Below, in pieces: positions 20,499 to 28,223 of a stretch of 64,000 nt of DNA. The notes under the pieces are model-generated. The model was given only the letters and a program-made list of their open reading frames with translations. It was not told where the DNA came from and ran no database searches. The DNA lies in IMG/VR virus record IMGVR_UViG_3300031521_000027, positions 32,001 through 96,000 of that record. One strand, given 5' to 3'. Both the position numbers and the translations under genes were made by a program. The stretch's first letter is position 1. Each line of letters opens with the position of its first letter. Source of the stretch: a virus.

Positions 20499-21241
20499 AA
20501 GCAGTGACAATGACCGCCGCCACCCCCGTCCCCCTCTCCGACTACCAGAGCGAGTTGGTCAGGACCCACGTGGGCCTTGCCCAGAGCATTGCAATGTCTT
20601 TCTGGAAACGAGCCGCATCGGAAGTGGACCGCGACGAGATCGTGGCCATCGCCTATCAGGGGCTGATCACCGCCGCCCAGAGGTACGAACCCAACATCGT
20701 CCCGGAGAACGACCCGGACGTGGCGCTGCCCCCTGTTGCACTGACGTTCGGCCAGTACGCCAAGCGCCGCATCGGGGGAGCCATTCAGGACTGGATGCGC
20801 CAGCTGGACCACGTCCCCCGCAGGCAGCGCACCATCTACAAGGACATGCAGGAGCTGGCCCCCGGCAGGAGCCCTGAGGAGACCGCAGAGATCCTCGGGA
20901 TCGACGTCAACCGGGTCCGTGCGATCACCCACGCAGTCGAGTGCCCCCCGGTCTCACTGGACGACATGGCAGGCGACAGCGACCGGGGCAACATGGCTCC
21001 CCCAGCTGAGGGAGGCACCGAGGGATCAGTCGCAGCCCACATGCTTCAGGAGGCCATGGTCGAGGTCATGGAGGGGATGCCGTCGTTCGAGAAGTCGGTC
21101 ATCGTCCTGCGGTACTACATGGGCATGAGCTTCCCCCAGATCGCCGCCGAGCTGGGCTCCAGCGTGTCCACCGTCAAGGTCACCCACCAGCAGCAGATCC
21201 TGCTGATCCACGCCGCCATGGTCCAGACTGCGCGCTCCTGA
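20495..21241 (+). CDS. phage sigma factor, FliA/WhiG (sigma-28)-like
   Basis: GLI.AA.RY.P, F..YAKRRI.GAI.DW.R..D.VPR, VSLDD, VI.LRYY..MSF.QIA.ELG. Confidence 0.9.
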   Translation: MKAVTMTAATPVPLSDYQSELVRTHVGLAQSIAMSFWKRAASEVDRDEIVAIAYQGLITAAQRYEPNIVPENDPDVALPPVALTFGQYAKRRIGGAIQDWMRQLDHVPRRQRTIYKDMQELAPGRSPEETAEILGIDVNRVRAITHAVECPPVSLDDMAGDSDRGNMAPPAEGGTEGSVAAHMLQEAMVEVMEGMPSFEKSVIVLRYYMGMSFPQIAAELGSSVSTVKVTHQQQILLIHAAMVQTARS

Positions 21242-21245
21242 TCAC

Positions 21246-21276
21246 CTGCGTCTGGGACCTCCTCAGGCGTACCAGT
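21246..21276 (+). promoter_or_regulatory. putative middle promoter CTGCG-N15-GGCGTACCAGT
   Basis: Consensus match upstream of the DnaB operon. Confidence 0.75.
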
Positions 21277-21298
21277 AAGTGAAGCCCGAAGGAGCCCC

Positions 21299-21493
21299 AT
21301 GACCGATCCGCAGTACGACCTGTCCCCCGACGATGCCGTCATCCAGATGCACGCCAACCTGACGGCCATGAAGGCGGACCCGAACCGGAAGCAGCTGACC
21401 GGCATGACTCCCGACGACGCCTTCGACCTCGGGTACGGCGCGTGCCTGCTCGACTACTCCGCCCTCACCGGGCCCAAGCCTGAAGAGAACTGA
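21299..21493 (+). CDS. hypothetical protein
   Basis: RBS AAGGAG; typical codon usage. Confidence 0.65.
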   Translation: MTDPQYDLSPDDAVIQMHANLTAMKADPNRKQLTGMTPDDAFDLGYGACLLDYSALTGPKPEEN

Positions 21494-21494
21494 C

Positions 21495-21746
21495 ATGGCT
21501 CACATCCCCAAGCCCTTCTCCCGTCCCAGCATCAGCCTCAACACCTCGGGCAGGCGCTGGGTCCAGACCCGCGCGTGGGACCTCGACACAGGGGACATCG
21601 TGCAGGACATGGGCATGGTCAAGGAGATCGAGAAGCACGTGACCACGACCAAGATCTCCTTCGCCTCCGGGCTGTCGTTCGTTTTCACAAACGACACCGT
21701 CATGCGCGCCTTCACGCTTGGAGAGTCCGTTGGCATCAGCCTCTGA
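21495..21746 (+). CDS. hypothetical protein
   Basis: Tightly packed ORF with typical codon usage. Confidence 0.65.
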   Translation: MAHIPKPFSRPSISLNTSGRRWVQTRAWDLDTGDIVQDMGMVKEIEKHVTTTKISFASGLSFVFTNDTVMRAFTLGESVGISL

Positions 21747-23199
21747 ACACTCCCAGATCGTCCTCTCGGCCATCTTGGCGGGCAGGCGCGATCTGCTGGA
21801 GAAGGCTGTCGCCCACCTGACGCCAGCCCACTTCCCGGAGAAGGTCCACGCCGACCTCTTCACCATGCTCATGCGCTTCTCGGACTACACCGGGGGCGCG
21901 GTCATGCCGCTGAAGTACCTCGACGACAACCTCCGTGGCCGCATGGAGCCGGGCAAGGCTCAGCTGTTCACCGAGACCTACGAGATGCTGTCGGAGACCA
22001 CGACAGAAGATTCTGAGTTCGCGTGGTCCCTCCAGCAGCTGCGCGAGCTGGCTGCCGACAAGACCACAGGCGAAGCCCTGACTGAGGCCATGGAGATCCT
22101 GCGCCGAGGCAAGACCATCGACAACCAGACCTATCAGGGCCACAACGATGCCCGCGCTCGCCTGCTGGAATCGTTTCAGGAAATCGACCGTGAGCTGGTT
22201 CGGCAGGACGCGCCGGAGGGGGACCTCGCAGACGAGGCCACCGAGATGAAGGCCGACTACGCCGAGCGGAAGAACGCGCGCCTCAAGGGTGTGTCCTCCG
22301 GCATCCGGTTCGGCATCGACGAGCTGGACCGCAAGATCGGTGGGCTCCAGCCGGGAGAGCTGGTGCTGCTCGCGGGCTACTCCAGCGACGGCAAGTCCTC
22401 CCTGTGCGTCCAGCTCGCGTGGAGCGCCGCCGTGGAGCAGGGACAGAACGTGGTCTTCCTGACCACCGAGACCCTGCGTCCCCAGATCCGCCGCAAGATC
22501 ATCGCCCGCCACTCCAAGCTGCCGATCTTCGAGACACCCGAGGGCCTTAACACCCGGGATCTGAAGGCAGGCACCTTGACGGATGAGCAGGAACTCATCC
22601 TCCCCCGGGTGATCGACGACCTCGCCAAGAACCCCGCCTACGGCAAGATCTACATCGCGCAGGTCCCTCGGGCGGCAGGCATCGCCAGCATCGAGCAGAG
22701 GCTGCTGCGGATCCAGCGGAAGTTCAACATCAAGCTGGTCATCGCCGACTACCTCGCGCTGCTGATCGCCGAGCGCAGACGCACCACGGCCCGGGAGGAG
22801 TACGCCGAGGTGCTGAAGAACGCCAAGCTCCTGTCGGTCGCCTTCGACAACGGGCGGGGAGTGGCCTTCGTGTCCCCGTGGCAGGTCTCCAGACAGCACA
22901 GGGAGGCCGCAGAGAACCTCGGGCAGTACACGTCCGCCGCGCTCTCCGAGACGGCTGAGGCGACGAACTCCTCCGACGTGATCGTCAGCCTGCTGGCCCC
23001 CACCGACAACACCGACCGGCACGCCGACGTCACCTTCCAGATCCTGAAGAACCGGGACGGCGAGACGGCCAACGGCATGATCGTCGAGGTCGACTACGCC
23101 ACCTGTCACTTCCGCAGCAAGCGGATGCTGGGAGCCCTCGGTACGGGTGGTCTCGACTACTCCACCAACGGCACCATGGAAAGCCTGCTGAGCGCCTGA
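21730..23199 (+). CDS. dnaB: DnaB-like replicative helicase
   Basis: LDRKIGGLQPGEL..LAGYSSDGKS, ADYL.L, KNRDG; start uncertain (21718 or 21730). Confidence 0.9.
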   Translation: MASASEHSQIVLSAILAGRRDLLEKAVAHLTPAHFPEKVHADLFTMLMRFSDYTGGAVMPLKYLDDNLRGRMEPGKAQLFTETYEMLSETTTEDSEFAWSLQQLRELAADKTTGEALTEAMEILRRGKTIDNQTYQGHNDARARLLESFQEIDRELVRQDAPEGDLADEATEMKADYAERKNARLKGVSSGIRFGIDELDRKIGGLQPGELVLLAGYSSDGKSSLCVQLAWSAAVEQGQNVVFLTTETLRPQIRRKIIARHSKLPIFETPEGLNTRDLKAGTLTDEQELILPRVIDDLAKNPAYGKIYIAQVPRAAGIASIEQRLLRIQRKFNIKLVIADYLALLIAERRRTTAREEYAEVLKNAKLLSVAFDNGRGVAFVSPWQVSRQHREAAENLGQYTSAALSETAEATNSSDVIVSLLAPTDNTDRHADVTFQILKNRDGETANGMIVEVDYATCHFRSKRMLGALGTGGLDYSTNGTMESLLSA

Positions 23200-23219
23200 G
23201 CTGAGGCGTATCAATAGGT

Positions 23220-23348
23220 ATGAGCGATTACGACGACGGCGAGGGAGGCCTTGAGGCCATCTTCTCGATTCTCTACGGCATGGTGTACCTCTTCATCGTG
23301 CTCCCACTCGCATGGCTGGCCAAGAAGATGGGACTACTGGATGACTGA
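23220..23348 (+). CDS. 42-aa membrane peptide, leaderless
   Basis: ATG 4 nt after GGCGTATCAAT (middle promoter 23185-23215); single hydrophobic helix; overlaps next start. Confidence 0.55.
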   Translation: MSDYDDGEGGLEAIFSILYGMVYLFIVLPLAWLAKKMGLLDD

Positions 23349-23781
23349 CGTGGAGCGGGTCAACTGGCACGCGGACCTGCTCAACGTGGTCGACGAGCCG
23401 ATGATCCTCTCCCTGATCCGCTACGACATGGACGCGGATCGTCAGCCTCACCCAGAGGGGGAGCTGGTCTCCTCCTACCTGCTGGGCACCCGCCAGCACG
23501 CGCCGATCATCGACCTCGACTTCCCCCACCACTACGTGCCGAGCACCAACGGTGGGCACGGTCACCTCTACATCGACACCCCCATGTCCCAGCCGAAGAT
23601 GATGCTCCTGCTGTGGGCCCTGCGGGTGACCGGTGTGATCGAGCAGGGCAACTTCTGGTGGTCACTGCGCCGGGGCGGGACCTTCGTCCGCCGACCCGAG
23701 GTGAAGAAGACCGAGGCTGAGAACACCCACTACACCTTCGGGATGTTCTTCAAGCTGAGGAACCATCGTGGAGAGAGCTGA
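23341..23781 (+). CDS. small AEP/prim-pol-like protein (paralog of 38243-38764)
   Basis: HAPIIDLD ... PST.GGHGHLYI (DxD and sxH-like motifs). Confidence 0.5.
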   Translation: MTDVERVNWHADLLNVVDEPMILSLIRYDMDADRQPHPEGELVSSYLLGTRQHAPIIDLDFPHHYVPSTNGGHGHLYIDTPMSQPKMMLLLWALRVTGVIEQGNFWWSLRRGGTFVRRPEVKKTEAENTHYTFGMFFKLRNHRGES

Positions 23782-24331
23782 GCTGCTCCGGATCGCCAAC
23801 GAGAGAGTCTCGATCACCAAGGCCTGCAACATGATCGGGATGAACGTCAGCGACTACGCCGCCGCGTCGATGAAGGTCTACTGCCCCTTCGGCGAGATCT
23901 TCCATCAGGACGGTGGAATGTCGAAATCCATGCGGATCTACGCCGAGTCCAACAGCGCCTTCTGCTTCGCTGGGTGCGGCTACTACGACCCGGTCAAGCT
24001 CATCTCCACCAGTAGGGACATCTCCGAGGAAGATGCAGCGGAGGCCCTGCTGGAGGAGACTGGGTACGTAGCACCCAACTATCAGGATCAGTGGGACGCG
24101 CTGATGTCCGAGAAGCCAGTGGTCGACACGGCAGACTTGGCCGAAGCCCTCAAGGTTGCGTGCGCCAGAATGGTCCCGAACTGGGAGGAACGCCAGTTCG
24201 ATGAAGCGGTCTCGCACAAGCTCACCCAATGCCTCGCTCTCCTCCGCAAGGTCCACACCGATGATGACGCCACGAACTGGCTGAGCATCACCAAGAAGGT
24301 CATGAAGGCAACGATGGAGGCACGGGCATGA
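23768..24331 (+). CDS. CHC2 zinc-finger (primase Zn-binding domain) protein
   Basis: CPFG..FH.D...S..IY......CFAGC. Confidence 0.75.
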   Translation: MERAELLRIANERVSITKACNMIGMNVSDYAAASMKVYCPFGEIFHQDGGMSKSMRIYAESNSAFCFAGCGYYDPVKLISTSRDISEEDAAEALLEETGYVAPNYQDQWDALMSEKPVVDTADLAEALKVACARMVPNWEERQFDEAVSHKLTQCLALLRKVHTDDDATNWLSITKKVMKATMEARA

Positions 24332-24570
24332 GCACGGACGAGAAGCTGGGGAACCTCCCCCAGCTGGAGGGCTGGGTCAACCTCACCGAGGCCGCAGAGA
24401 TCTTGGGCATCTCCCGACAGCACGCGTACCGACGTGCACGTTTGGCCAATGAGGGCAAAATGGGTGGCTGGAAGACGGTGTGTCGCATTGGCACCAAACC
24501 GAGTTATGTGGTAGCTCTTTCCGAGCTTCAGGAGGAGCTGCTTGTGACACGCCCGGATCGCAGACGTTAG
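24328..24570 (+). CDS. HTH DNA-binding protein (excisionase-like)
   Basis: LTEAAEILGISRQHAYR. Confidence 0.75.
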   Translation: MSTDEKLGNLPQLEGWVNLTEAAEILGISRQHAYRRARLANEGKMGGWKTVCRIGTKPSYVVALSELQEELLVTRPDRRR

Positions 24571-24619
24571 TTGCATATGTCACCCCTCAGGGCTATGGTC
24601 AGACACAGCTTCACTCCCG

Positions 24620-24649
24620 TTGCCACTACGCCTCATGGTCGGATATACT
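24620..24649 (+). promoter_or_regulatory. host sigma-A-type promoter TTGCCA-N18-TATACT upstream of ECF-like sigma gene
   Basis: Near-consensus hexamers; a second candidate TTGCAT-N17-TATGGT lies at 24571-24599. Confidence 0.6.
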
Positions 24650-24796
24650 TCGTCTTGCAGCTGGAGGGTTCACGCCCTTCACCTCCTGCCTAAGTTGACC
24701 GCTTAGCGAGTGACGGGCTCCCATTAAGGAGTCCGTCACTTGGCGTTTTACGAGAAACAAGCGGTCAACTTATCGGTCACCCCATGGAGGATTTCT

Positions 24797-25465
24797 GTGC
24801 CCAGTCTTACCGTTTCCCCCCGCACCATCACGCAGGCCGGAAGGCCCTCATCGTCGAGGTATCCGGACTTCGTCCCAGCCAACTACACCGAGCTGTTCGA
24901 CCACTACTACCCTTACGTCCGGGGCATCGTCTTCAAGTCCGGCATCGACTCCCAGAGCTGTGCGGACGTGACCATGTCCATCCTTGAGAAGTTCTTCGCC
25001 CACGACGTGCTGGCCGACTTCAACCCCGAGTTCACCTCCACCCATGGTGGGGTCACCCGCAAGGCCATGTTCCGGACCTTCCTGTCCGGCTTCGTCAAGA
25101 TCTACGTCCGGCACCACCGGGACCGCCAGATCATCACCAAGGCTCGCGAGGCCATCTCGCTCGACGCACCAGCCGGTGACGACAACACGTGGATGGACTA
25201 CTACGGGGAGACCCACGTCGACACCTACGATCAGCTGATGATCGAGGATGCCGTCCTCACCGTGCAGGACCACCTTGCCACCCTCTCCGACCCCCGGGGC
25301 CGCTGCGAGATGCTGGACCTGTTCAACATGACCTTGGAGCACTCGGTCACCTACGGCAGCCCCAACGTTGAAATCCTGTCCCAGTACTTCGAGGTCTCCG
25401 AGACCACGATCCGGAACCGGCTGAAGGCCCTGCGCGCCGAGATCCATGAGGTCTTCGAGTCATGA
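24797..25465 (+). CDS. phage sigma factor, ECF-like
   Basis: ELF..YYPYV..IV, D.T.....KF, FRTFL region 2; SLDAP; C-terminal HTH LSQYFEVSETTIRNRL; GTG after GGAGG. Confidence 0.7.
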   Translation: MPSLTVSPRTITQAGRPSSSRYPDFVPANYTELFDHYYPYVRGIVFKSGIDSQSCADVTMSILEKFFAHDVLADFNPEFTSTHGGVTRKAMFRTFLSGFVKIYVRHHRDRQIITKAREAISLDAPAGDDNTWMDYYGETHVDTYDQLMIEDAVLTVQDHLATLSDPRGRCEMLDLFNMTLEHSVTYGSPNVEILSQYFEVSETTIRNRLKALRAEIHEVFES

Positions 25466-26238
25466 TCAAGATGCCCGTCACGGTGCTGGGCATGTTCGAT
25501 GACCTGCCGCCGATCTCGCTCTTCGTCGGGCCTGCGTCGGTCGGCAAGTGGACCATCGCTGAAGCCCTCGGTCGCCACTTCTACAACTCCTTCGGCGTCA
25601 TCCGGGTCCGGGCCCTCACCATGGACGCCGCCCGGGACCTCACCGTGCTGTCCAACTTCTCCTCCCCCCGGCTGGTCATCGCCCGGCTCACCCGGTCCAC
25701 GGAGGCAGCCCAGAACGTGCTGCTGAAGACGCTGGAGGAGTGCTCGACCACGGCCACCAAGTTCATCCTGATCGACACTGAGCTGCCCCCTGAGACGATC
25801 ACCTCGCGGTGCACCGTCTACCGCTTCCCGCTGCTCACCGACGCGGCTGTGGAGGAGATCCTGCTGAACCGGAACTTCAGCGCGGTCGAGGCCAAGAGGC
25901 TGGCACTGGCTGCCGGGGGGCAGATGCGCAACGCCCTCAATCGAGGCGATACGGTCGACACCAAGCAGGTCGTGCTGTCGGCCCTGCGTGCGATCACCGA
26001 GAGGGACCCCGACACTCTGGACGACCTCGCCGTGAAGTGGAGCGACGAGCACTCCGAACTCATGGTGACGCTATGCACCGAGGCCATCTCCGGGCGCTAC
26101 CGGATCTTCAACTCTGAGGAGATCGAGGGCATCGGCAGGAAGCTGCCCCTGCGGATCCTGATCGCGCTAGGCCCCGGGATACGTCCGAGGCTGGTCGTAC
26201 GCTCCAGCTTGATGGGCGTGCTGAGGAGCGAGTGGTGA
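25462..26238 (+). CDS. clamp-loader delta'-like (HolB) AAA+ protein
   Basis: LFVGPASVGK, AAQNVLLKTLEE, LPPETITSRC sensor motif. Confidence 0.8.
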   Translation: MIKMPVTVLGMFDDLPPISLFVGPASVGKWTIAEALGRHFYNSFGVIRVRALTMDAARDLTVLSNFSSPRLVIARLTRSTEAAQNVLLKTLEECSTTATKFILIDTELPPETITSRCTVYRFPLLTDAAVEEILLNRNFSAVEAKRLALAAGGQMRNALNRGDTVDTKQVVLSALRAITERDPDTLDDLAVKWSDEHSELMVTLCTEAISGRYRIFNSEEIEGIGRKLPLRILIALGPGIRPRLVVRSSLMGVLRSEW

Positions 26239-26522
26239 GCGAAGAGCTGTGCGAGAAGACCGACATGCCGAAGTATTCGTGCGCCCACTGTCAGGGCATC
26301 AAGGAGGAACCCGTGGCTGTTTTCGGAAACGCTGATGTGCAGGAGTTCGAGCTGATCGGACGCCGCTTTCAGGCTGTCTACGGCGGGGTGTGCACGATCA
26401 ACTTCGACCACATCGTCAAGCGGCAGGACTGGGTCTCCAAGGTCCAGTTCTCCGACAACCCGATGCTGCCGGTGAGCGGTGTGGCCTGCGCCCAGTGCGT
26501 CCGGGTCCTGCCGCACGCCTGA
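26235..26522 (+). CDS. Cys-rich hypothetical protein
   Basis: C..TDMP..SCAHC, CAQC; coupled to neighbours. Confidence 0.65.
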   Translation: MSEELCEKTDMPKYSCAHCQGIKEEPVAVFGNADVQEFELIGRRFQAVYGGVCTINFDHIVKRQDWVSKVQFSDNPMLPVSGVACAQCVRVLPHA

Positions 26523-26989
26523 TGAGACCTACACAGGAAATCCGGCGCTTCTTCGCCAAGACCCTTGATGAAGACCGGGGGTACATCACTCCCTGCGTGA
26601 TCTGGACCGGCAGGAAGGTGAATGGGTACGGGGTGTTCGATCTCCAGCGCGATGACAACTCCGGCCCGCGTGCTGTGAAGGCCCACCGGTACTCCTACGG
26701 ACTGCTTCACGGAGAGCAGCACATCCGCAGCGCCGTGGTGGGTCGCGAGGACGAGATTGACCACCTCTGCTTGCAGCGGGACTGCGTCAGGGAAGGTCAT
26801 CTTGAACTCGTGACCCTGAAGGTCAACCGCCAGCGGATGCACGACGTCCACCGGACAGAGATGTGCAAGAGAGGTCTCCACCTTCGCGCTGAGTTCGAGC
26901 GGATCAAGTCGACCGGCGCTCCGTACTGCTTGGGGTGTCAGAGGATCAACGATGCTAAGCGTCGTCCTCGTAAGAAGAGGGAGGTCTGA
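26522..26989 (+). CDS. HNH homing endonuclease
   Basis: C.IWTG...GYG, AHRYSY, DHLC...CV...HLE.VT..VN. Confidence 0.9.
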   Translation: MRPTQEIRRFFAKTLDEDRGYITPCVIWTGRKVNGYGVFDLQRDDNSGPRAVKAHRYSYGLLHGEQHIRSAVVGREDEIDHLCLQRDCVREGHLELVTLKVNRQRMHDVHRTEMCKRGLHLRAEFERIKSTGAPYCLGCQRINDAKRRPRKKREV

Positions 26990-26990
26990 C

Positions 26991-27986
26991 ATCGCCACCT
27001 TCAGTGGCTGGCTGACCGGGACCAAGAAGACCCCTGAGCCCCGGCAGATCACGTGGGTGTGCGGGCCGGAGGTCGTGCTTGTGGAGGAGGTCGTCCGGAG
27101 CGTCTCGGAGTTCCTCGCCCCCGAGCCGTGGAACCGGGTCAGCCTCGTGGCCGGAGATGATTCTGAGCGGGACATCTGGGCCGCGCTGGACCAGCACCCG
27201 ATGGACACCTCACCCCGGCTGGTGATCGTCCGGCACGTCGAGAAGATCCATGAGTGGGACCGCTTCGTGCAGTGGGTCAAGGACCGCTCGCGCAACCCCC
27301 GGACCTACGTGGTCATGGTCTCCTCCGAGGCGGCTGTTCCGAAGACCGAGCCCACCCCGGAGGAGCGCAGACACGGTACCCGCCCGGAGCCCCTCCCGCA
27401 CATAGCCTGTATCGGATCCAAGGGCCACGTGGTGGAGTGCAAGCCGTTCACCTCGGCCACCGCGCTGCGCTCCGTGGAGTGGGTCCAGTCGAAGGCCCCC
27501 ATGCGGGACGGCATCGCCCGGCACCTGCTCACCCGCTCGAACTGGAACCTGCGGCTGGTCCGCGACATCTGCCTGAAGCTCGCCGTGTTCCCCGGTGAGA
27601 TCACCATCTCAGTGGTCAACACCCTGCTGGCCGAGCAGCCCCGGGACAGCTTCACCGACGCCCTGCTGGCGCTGGACCGCAAGACCGCACTGCTCGCCGC
27701 CGAGTCGATCCCTCGCGAGGAGGTCGGGCGCATCATCGGCCTGCTGGACGCGAAGCTCGACAAGGCTGGGATGATCCATGACATGCAGGTGGACCACAAG
27801 TCACCCGGCGACATGGCCAAGGCTCTGGGTCCGCAGGCGTTCCTGCTCACCGAGCTGATGAACGTCTCCAAGCACTACAACGCCAAGCGCAGGCTCGCGA
27901 TCCGCAGGACGCTGGCCGTGGTCGACGAGGCCTACCGCTCCGGGCAGACAACGGGTCTGCTCGAAGTTGTCGTGGCGTTCTGGTGA
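26991..27986 (+). CDS. clamp-loader delta-like (HolA) protein; probable ATC start
   Basis: W.CGPE.VLVEE, RLVIVR.VEK, helical C-terminus; GGAGG 6 nt before ATC GCC ACC. Confidence 0.65.
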   Translation: MATFSGWLTGTKKTPEPRQITWVCGPEVVLVEEVVRSVSEFLAPEPWNRVSLVAGDDSERDIWAALDQHPMDTSPRLVIVRHVEKIHEWDRFVQWVKDRSRNPRTYVVMVSSEAAVPKTEPTPEERRHGTRPEPLPHIACIGSKGHVVECKPFTSATALRSVEWVQSKAPMRDGIARHLLTRSNWNLRLVRDICLKLAVFPGEITISVVNTLLAEQPRDSFTDALLALDRKTALLAAESIPREEVGRIIGLLDAKLDKAGMIHDMQVDHKSPGDMAKALGPQAFLLTELMNVSKHYNAKRRLAIRRTLAVVDEAYRSGQTTGLLEVVVAFW

Positions 27987-28031
27987 GGCGTACCAGTAAG
28001 TGGAGCACCCCGCAGATCAAGGAGAACTGAC

Positions 28032-28223
28032 ATGGACTGGGCAACGTACTGGATCCTGCTGGCGCAGGCAGGCATCGCTCTCGTAGCGCTGGCCGTGCCG
28101 CTGTCGTTCGCCATCGCGGTGGCAGGAGCAGGTGTCAAGGCAGCCATGAAGAGTGCGGGCTCAGCTGAGGTCCCGCAGGCTCCCCTGACCCAGAACACCT
28201 ACACCTTCCCGCCGACCAAGTGA
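28032..28223 (+). CDS. small membrane protein
   Basis: RBS; hydrophobic N-terminus; follows middle-type -10 at 27987-27997. Confidence 0.6.
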   Translation: MDWATYWILLAQAGIALVALAVPLSFAIAVAGAGVKAAMKSAGSAEVPQAPLTQNTYTFPPTK

